Shown here: piece by piece, positions 15,324 through 20,000 of the stretch
Numbering within the stretch: the first letter of the stretch is position 1
How the letters are laid out: each line of letters opens with the position of its first letter
IMG/VR virus record: IMGVR_UViG_3300029305_005063
Reading direction: 5' to 3' (one strand)
Length of the DNA: 20,000 bases
From: an uncultured virus (IMG/VR IMGVR_UViG_3300029305_005063)
Taxonomy: Duplodnaviria; Heunggongvirae; Uroviricota; Caudoviricetes
Notes under the pieces: model-generated
What the model was told of the DNA's origin: nothing
The model's input: only the letters and a program-made list of their open reading frames with translations
The model's database searches: none
Program-made: the position numbers and the translations under genes

Positions 15324-17258
15324 ATGGCAGATAATACGGACACGTCCGATCTCTCGTATGACTGCCAACGCAGTCCATACGCAGTTAGGATCGGAACGAC
15401 CTTTACAGAGTACAAGGAGGATCTTGCCAGACAGCTCGCGTTGATGATGTCTTCTGAAGGATCTGTTCTCGCTAACAACGGTGATCCTGATCCTGACGCG
15501 CTTGCGCAGGCTCGTGAGCTCATCAACATCAATGATGATGCATCGGATAAGCTGTCGCAACATCAGTACACGATTCCGACTATGGCAGATTCGTCGATCT
15601 TCGGTAACGATGCGATGAATCCGTATGCTGGATTCTGCAGGGACGATGACATCGTCCACCAGGAGTACACTGTCACTCTCAGAGGTGTTGAAAGCCATTA
15701 CGGCATGGGTCGTGTGTATCATGAGATCTATGATTCCAAGCAACAGCTTGTCTCGTTCCAGTTCGGCATTCCGAGATATCGCAGCTTGGCTAATTACATG
15801 GACAAGGCTGTTGACGATGACATGGCTGAACTCAACATGGAGAACAGCAAGAGCATCGTTGAGAAAGTGTGTAACCTTGTCACAAGCGGACTAGTTCTCG
15901 CCATCAAGCTTCCGTTCCTTCCTGTCGAATGGATGTGGAAGGTGTGGTCTGAGCTTGGTGAAACAGAGATCACTGAGTATTTCTGGTTCAAGGAAACGAT
16001 GCCTACTTACCTCAGCATGGTCAACACGATCCTTGCTGAAGTAGGTGTTTCTCTCGGTATCGTTCCTAACGGTGACATGACCATCGACCAGCAGGAAATC
16101 CCTGAGGTTCTCAGGCGCACTGGACCTGATATCTATTCCATCATCAACACGCGTTATGCTCGTCTGACTAAAGGAACTTACAGACAGACATCTGACCTTC
16201 TTAAGGACAGCAACATTCGTGCTGCGGATACTCCGAACAACGAGAACCCTGATATCTCCAAGTGGGGTAAGTTCTGGGAAGGTTTTCGTAACTGGTTCAA
16301 GGAAGCTGGTAACGGACTCGGAACATCGATCTTCGACCAGGACAAGTTCATCACGCTTCGTCTTGAGAAAGGATCCGACAACGCATCCGAATCGTTCAGC
16401 AACTCTGTTCAGCCTTCCGCTCTTCAGCAGAAGTTGAATGGTATGGTGAACTCTGTTCGTATGATGCGTGAAGGTGCTGGTCAGCAGGGTAACAACGGTA
16501 TCATTGGAGGACTGACTCGCGTAGCTCAGCGTATGAATTCATGGAAGGAGAAAGTCAAAGGTGTCTTCACTTCCATTGAAGGTCTTCACGATGCGGTGCT
16601 TTACACTGAGGTCGGTAACGGTTACTTTGATCTTCCGCAGCAGTGGGCTGGTTCGACGTTCTCAAGATCGGTTTCAATCAACTTCAGATTCAGGGCTAAG
16701 ACTGGTGGTGATATAGTGTCGGTGTATACATCGATACTTGTCCCTCTGGCGTGTCTCATCGCAGGTGCCATTCCTAGGGCATCTGGTGAAAGCACCTATC
16801 AGTCTCCGTTCATCCTTCGTGCGTGGAGTAAAGGTATGTTCGCGATACCTGCTGGTATCATCAACACGCTCTCCATCTCACGTGGTGACTCTGAGTTCGG
16901 TTGGAGCCAGAACAGACTTCCTACGGTTGTTAACTGCAACGTCTCCATCACTGACTTGAGTCCGATCCTCTTCATGAACGTGAACGGAACATCTTTCACG
17001 CACGCTTGGTCTACGATCTTCAGGAACAACTCGAAACTTCATGAATACCTCAGCACCCTCTCAGCTGTTGGTATACGTGACAGGTATTTCAGACTGAAGC
17101 AGATTCAGCGTCGTGTTGCGGTTGCCAAGTGGATGACCAAGTCTACGGTCATGTCCGGAACCTACTGGGGTTACAGAATCGGAAGTTCTAGATTCGGTAA
17201 GCTCATCAACGCGTTCACTCCTTCCAAGTATATCAGAACACCAACCAATCAGAACTAA
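15324..17258 (+). CDS. Virion structural tail/baseplate protein, phiKZ gp27-like, 644 aa
   Basis: Start moved from 15297 to the ATG at 15324 after TAAGGAG. Motifs recalled from gp27-like proteins: DSSIFGNDAMNP..F...DDI, GMGRVYHEIYD...FGIPRY, DLPQQW..S, PL..LIAGAIP..SG..TYQSPF, GII..LSISRG....GW and VSITDLS. Confidence 0.8.
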   Translation: MADNTDTSDLSYDCQRSPYAVRIGTTFTEYKEDLARQLALMMSSEGSVLANNGDPDPDALAQARELININDDASDKLSQHQYTIPTMADSSIFGNDAMNPYAGFCRDDDIVHQEYTVTLRGVESHYGMGRVYHEIYDSKQQLVSFQFGIPRYRSLANYMDKAVDDDMAELNMENSKSIVEKVCNLVTSGLVLAIKLPFLPVEWMWKVWSELGETEITEYFWFKETMPTYLSMVNTILAEVGVSLGIVPNGDMTIDQQEIPEVLRRTGPDIYSIINTRYARLTKGTYRQTSDLLKDSNIRAADTPNNENPDISKWGKFWEGFRNWFKEAGNGLGTSIFDQDKFITLRLEKGSDNASESFSNSVQPSALQQKLNGMVNSVRMMREGAGQQGNNGIIGGLTRVAQRMNSWKEKVKGVFTSIEGLHDAVLYTEVGNGYFDLPQQWAGSTFSRSVSINFRFRAKTGGDIVSVYTSILVPLACLIAGAIPRASGESTYQSPFILRAWSKGMFAIPAGIINTLSISRGDSEFGWSQNRLPTVVNCNVSITDLSPILFMNVNGTSFTHAWSTIFRNNSKLHEYLSTLSAVGIRDRYFRLKQIQRRVAVAKWMTKSTVMSGTYWGYRIGSSRFGKLINAFTPSKYIRTPTNQN

Positions 17259-17268
17259 GGAATTTAAC

Positions 17269-18219
17269 ATGCCACAAGCTAAAACGCTGGCATCGACTCT
17301 TGAGAGCAAGACAGCTGCTGTTGATAGGATCCTCTATCTCATCGATAGGCAGCTGCTTGCTTACGAAGAGCTTCGTATGCTTCGCACCCGTGTTGCTTCA
17401 ACGGGACTGTCGAATGAGCTCTACGCATTCCTCAACAAGAACGCTGCTCTAGAGAACTTGTTCGTAGGTCTTCCTAAACACGATGGTAAGATCAGTGTCG
17501 AGTCTATCCAGAACGACAATGAGCTTTACTACATCGACGTTGCCATAGAAGGTCTCCTGTCCAGGATCAAGGAGGCGCTCAAACGTCTCTGGAATGCATT
17601 CTGGGATTGGGTACTTGACTGGGTTGACGACAATCGTCGTCTCCATTTCCGTCTCCAGAGGCACAAAGTCGATCTTGAGAACAATGCTGCTCTGTACGGC
17701 ACTGATGATTCTCTGTCGAGAGTTCGTGCTATGTGCTACCACTATGACAACGAGTGGAAGGTCATGCACAACGCTGTTGTTGCTCTTTCGAAGCTTCTTG
17801 CTACCGTCACAGCTAACGGAGTTGAGAAGTTCCTCAACGACAACAATAAGGTCCTCGGCGACAACCTTGACGTGTTCGGCTACAGTGTCACCGATGCTGG
17901 TGTCGTTTCCGGCAAGACTATGTTCTCCAAGATGGAGCGTCCTCTCGGTAAAGGTGGAGCGAACTGGGTTCGTTCTAACATGCTGTCTGGAGTCCGCATG
18001 GCTATGGACATGCTCAAACTGGAAGAGACCAAGAGAGCAGAGTTCAACAACATCCGTCGCGCATTCGATGAAGCTATCTCCGGTGAGAATGATTCTATCA
18101 AGCTCGCCCAGATGGCCAAGCTCATCAGGATCTGCAAACTCACGAAGACGTTTGCAGCTACGACGGCACGCGCGTGCGCTGACGTCTGTCGCATCGCTAA
18201 GGCGAATGCCAACAAGTAA
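17269..18219 (+). CDS. Internal head (inner body/ejection) protein of the phiKZ gp93/gp162/gp163 type, 316 aa
   Basis: AAGGAA RBS. The N-terminal propeptide-like region ends in ISVES...VAIEG (S/A-X-E protease motifs), followed by the characteristic Trp-rich amphipathic helix LLSRIKEALKRLWNAFWDW. Confidence 0.75.
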   Translation: MPQAKTLASTLESKTAAVDRILYLIDRQLLAYEELRMLRTRVASTGLSNELYAFLNKNAALENLFVGLPKHDGKISVESIQNDNELYYIDVAIEGLLSRIKEALKRLWNAFWDWVLDWVDDNRRLHFRLQRHKVDLENNAALYGTDDSLSRVRAMCYHYDNEWKVMHNAVVALSKLLATVTANGVEKFLNDNNKVLGDNLDVFGYSVTDAGVVSGKTMFSKMERPLGKGGANWVRSNMLSGVRMAMDMLKLEETKRAEFNNIRRAFDEAISGENDSIKLAQMAKLIRICKLTKTFAATTARACADVCRIAKANANK

Positions 18220-18220
18220 G

Positions 18221-18282
18221 AGACAAGCAAGAACTCACAGTGGAGGCCCGAAGGTCTCCACTGTGAGCATCTTGTCTTTTTT
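18221..18282. terminator. Bidirectional intrinsic terminator between convergent genes
   Basis: Inner stem CTCACAGTGGAGGCC-CGAA-GGTCTCCACTGTGAG, outer arms AGACAAG/CTTGTCT and a TTTTTT tract, filling the gap between the stops at 18219 and 18284. Confidence 0.85.
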
Positions 18283-18283
18283 G

Positions 18284-18679
18284 TCAGACATTCTTGAAGA
18301 ACGTGATCTCCTTGGATCTGAGAAGCGATGGTCCTCCCTTGCTTGTGTCAACCACAGGCAGTTTACGGTCGAACGCAGTCGTTGTCTCAGGTATGGTCAT
18401 ACGGTTACGGTCGATATCACCATATCCGTAGTACCAGCCTTCGGTCGCTCCAGTCTTCATGACAACCCTGAACCATTTGGGACTGTTAGAAAGCTTCTCG
18501 ATGAGGATAGCGTCCGCTTGAACAGTGGGCTCCAACTCAAGAACAGCTGTACCAATTTTCCCAACAGAGGGTACCGTGAATTCCGAAGGTTCGAAGTCTT
18601 CTGCGAACTGAACTGACTCCACGTCGACCATAGTGGTCGAAGGGTTGCTTACCCTCTGGCATTGAATGAGTGCGTACAT
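18284..18679 (-). CDS. Hypothetical protein, 131 aa
   Basis: GAAAGGA RBS 8 nt upstream, starts 15 nt after the previous stop, and ends at the terminator. Confidence 0.8.
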   Translation of the reverse strand: MYALIQCQRVSNPSTTMVDVESVQFAEDFEPSEFTVPSVGKIGTAVLELEPTVQADAILIEKLSNSPKWFRVVMKTGATEGWYYGYGDIDRNRMTIPETTTAFDRKLPVVDTSKGGPSLLRSKEITFFKNV

Positions 18680-18694
18680 GATTTCAGTCCTTTC

Positions 18695-20000
18695 TTAGAA
18701 ATGCAGTCGAATCTGACGAAGGTCGTATCTCGCATTTACGCGACTAAACGTGCCCAGATACGGGCATACTTCCATCGTGATGACACCGTTTTTCTTGACC
18801 ACCTGTAGGGTAGCCCAGCACTGGTCATTTGCAGACAAGTGCGCGGTGCATCCAACTCCTTCTTCACCACCGTAGAAGTGCTGAATGGAGTTTGCGCAAA
18901 CGAGATAGTTACCATCAACTCTGTCGAAGACAACCAGATCGATCGTCTTAACAGAACGTATGTCGACCCACTTCTGAAGTTCCAGTAAGAGACCGGATCT
19001 GCAGTTGTATGCTTCCACAGTGCCGTACGATTCGTCCTGGGAGTAATCACACTCCTCACACCTGTGGCAGTCGGCTTCACCGGCTACATAGTCGTTCAGG
19101 TTGAGGTTGCCGATCCATGCGACAAGTCCGTCGTCGCAGCACAGCGGCACGACAGCGTAATGCGAGTTTGCGGATTCGATGTTCCACACGAAGTTGGTGT
19201 TCGGCATTGTAAACACCTTATCCTCTTTGTACACATCGATATCGGGTTCGTAGTACGTATCAAGCGGAACTTGTTCTCCAGGAACAACCTCTGCCAAGGA
19301 GAGATAGTTTCCATAAACCATTCTTTCAAAGAGGTTGACTTTGCCATCGTCTCCCATGTAGTCCGTAACAGGAGCACCGGGCGTAACTGTTCCAGTCACC
19401 TCAGCATACGAACCATCCTCCTGGACGGAGTAGTAACCACGGCCTTCCTTGATGTACTTGTCGCAGGTCCTGAAATACAGATACCTGTTCTTGTACGTGA
19501 AGTAAGCCTTGCCCTGTTCGAACACAGCATCAGCCGTGAGAGTGAATGGAGTGTGGTTGTAGACCATGACCTGTCCTTCGACAGGCTGGTTGACTTCGTC
19601 TCCAGTAAGAAGAGTCCAGAACGATGTACTACCAGACTTGTTGACGATAGACACGCAGTCGACATCAACAGGATAGTTCTCCTTGTCGTACACGGAGAGA
19701 TCCCATCCAAGCTGCAGAACAACACCAGAACGCTCACCATCGTCTACCCAGCAGATACGAGCGAGGAGGTTGTCCCTCGTGAACACCTTGCTGAATCCCT
19801 TCGACGGATCGTAGTTCGTGCCGTTGGTGGCAAGAACCTTGACCTGAAGAGCATCCTTGATGTCCCTCGTAACATCAACGTCGACCATGAACTCATACGT
19901 CCAATCCCTGAGCATCGAGTGGATGCGGAAATGACCGAGGTCATGGATGTTGTTGAGGAGAAGACCCCAATCGACGTCGTAGATAGCAGCGAAGTTGAAC
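18695..20000 (-). CDS. Hypothetical beta-rich, possibly virion-associated protein; 5' end lies beyond the right edge (over 434 aa)
   Basis: The frame stays open upstream of the track's start at 19915 through to the edge (...FNFAAIYDVDWGLLLNNIHDLGHFRIHS-MLRDW). Contains TxDxxxxxGKxY[FY]-type repeats and a CHRCEEC cluster. Confidence 0.85.
   Translation of the reverse strand, partial: FNFAAIYDVDWGLLLNNIHDLGHFRIHSMLRDWTYEFMVDVDVTRDIKDALQVKVLATNGTNYDPSKGFSKVFTRDNLLARICWVDDGERSGVVLQLGWDLSVYDKENYPVDVDCVSIVNKSGSTSFWTLLTGDEVNQPVEGQVMVYNHTPFTLTADAVFEQGKAYFTYKNRYLYFRTCDKYIKEGRGYYSVQEDGSYAEVTGTVTPGAPVTDYMGDDGKVNLFERMVYGNYLSLAEVVPGEQVPLDTYYEPDIDVYKEDKVFTMPNTNFVWNIESANSHYAVVPLCCDDGLVAWIGNLNLNDYVAGEADCHRCEECDYSQDESYGTVEAYNCRSGLLLELQKWVDIRSVKTIDLVVFDRVDGNYLVCANSIQHFYGGEEGVGCTAHLSANDQCWATLQVVKKNGVITMEVCPYLGTFSRVNARYDLRQIRLHF

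Noticed and set aside
17594..18616. 340-aa plus-strand ORF
   Set aside because: It is an alternate frame of the internal head gene that runs through a terminator into an antisense gene, with Ser/Arg-rich non-coding-like composition.

Overview
This is a dense, roughly 50% GC segment of a phiKZ-like jumbo myovirus genome using the standard genetic code. The left 3.25 kb is a minus-strand ORF missing from the supplied track because it runs off the edge; hand translation shows it is the virion RNA polymerase beta subunit (phiKZ gp178-like). Two orphan genes diverge from it, followed by a plus-strand virion block: a 262-aa conserved-looking hypothetical, a 3245-aa tape-measure-like tail protein (gp182-like N-terminus apparently fused to a gp181-like body), a gp27-like tail/baseplate protein and a phiKZ-type internal head protein. 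Two minus-strand genes converge on this block at a bidirectional terminator. Most notable are a shared late-promoter-like motif (ACATYYTATGATT), a nested-palindrome hairpin beside one copy, a 226-aa acid-free polycationic segment and a 480-bp in-frame module bounded by perfect 32-bp direct repeats in the giant tail protein, and probable prohead-protease sites in an acidic loop of the RNAP subunit. All family assignments come from recalled motifs, not database searches. I found no clearly new self-contained biological system.
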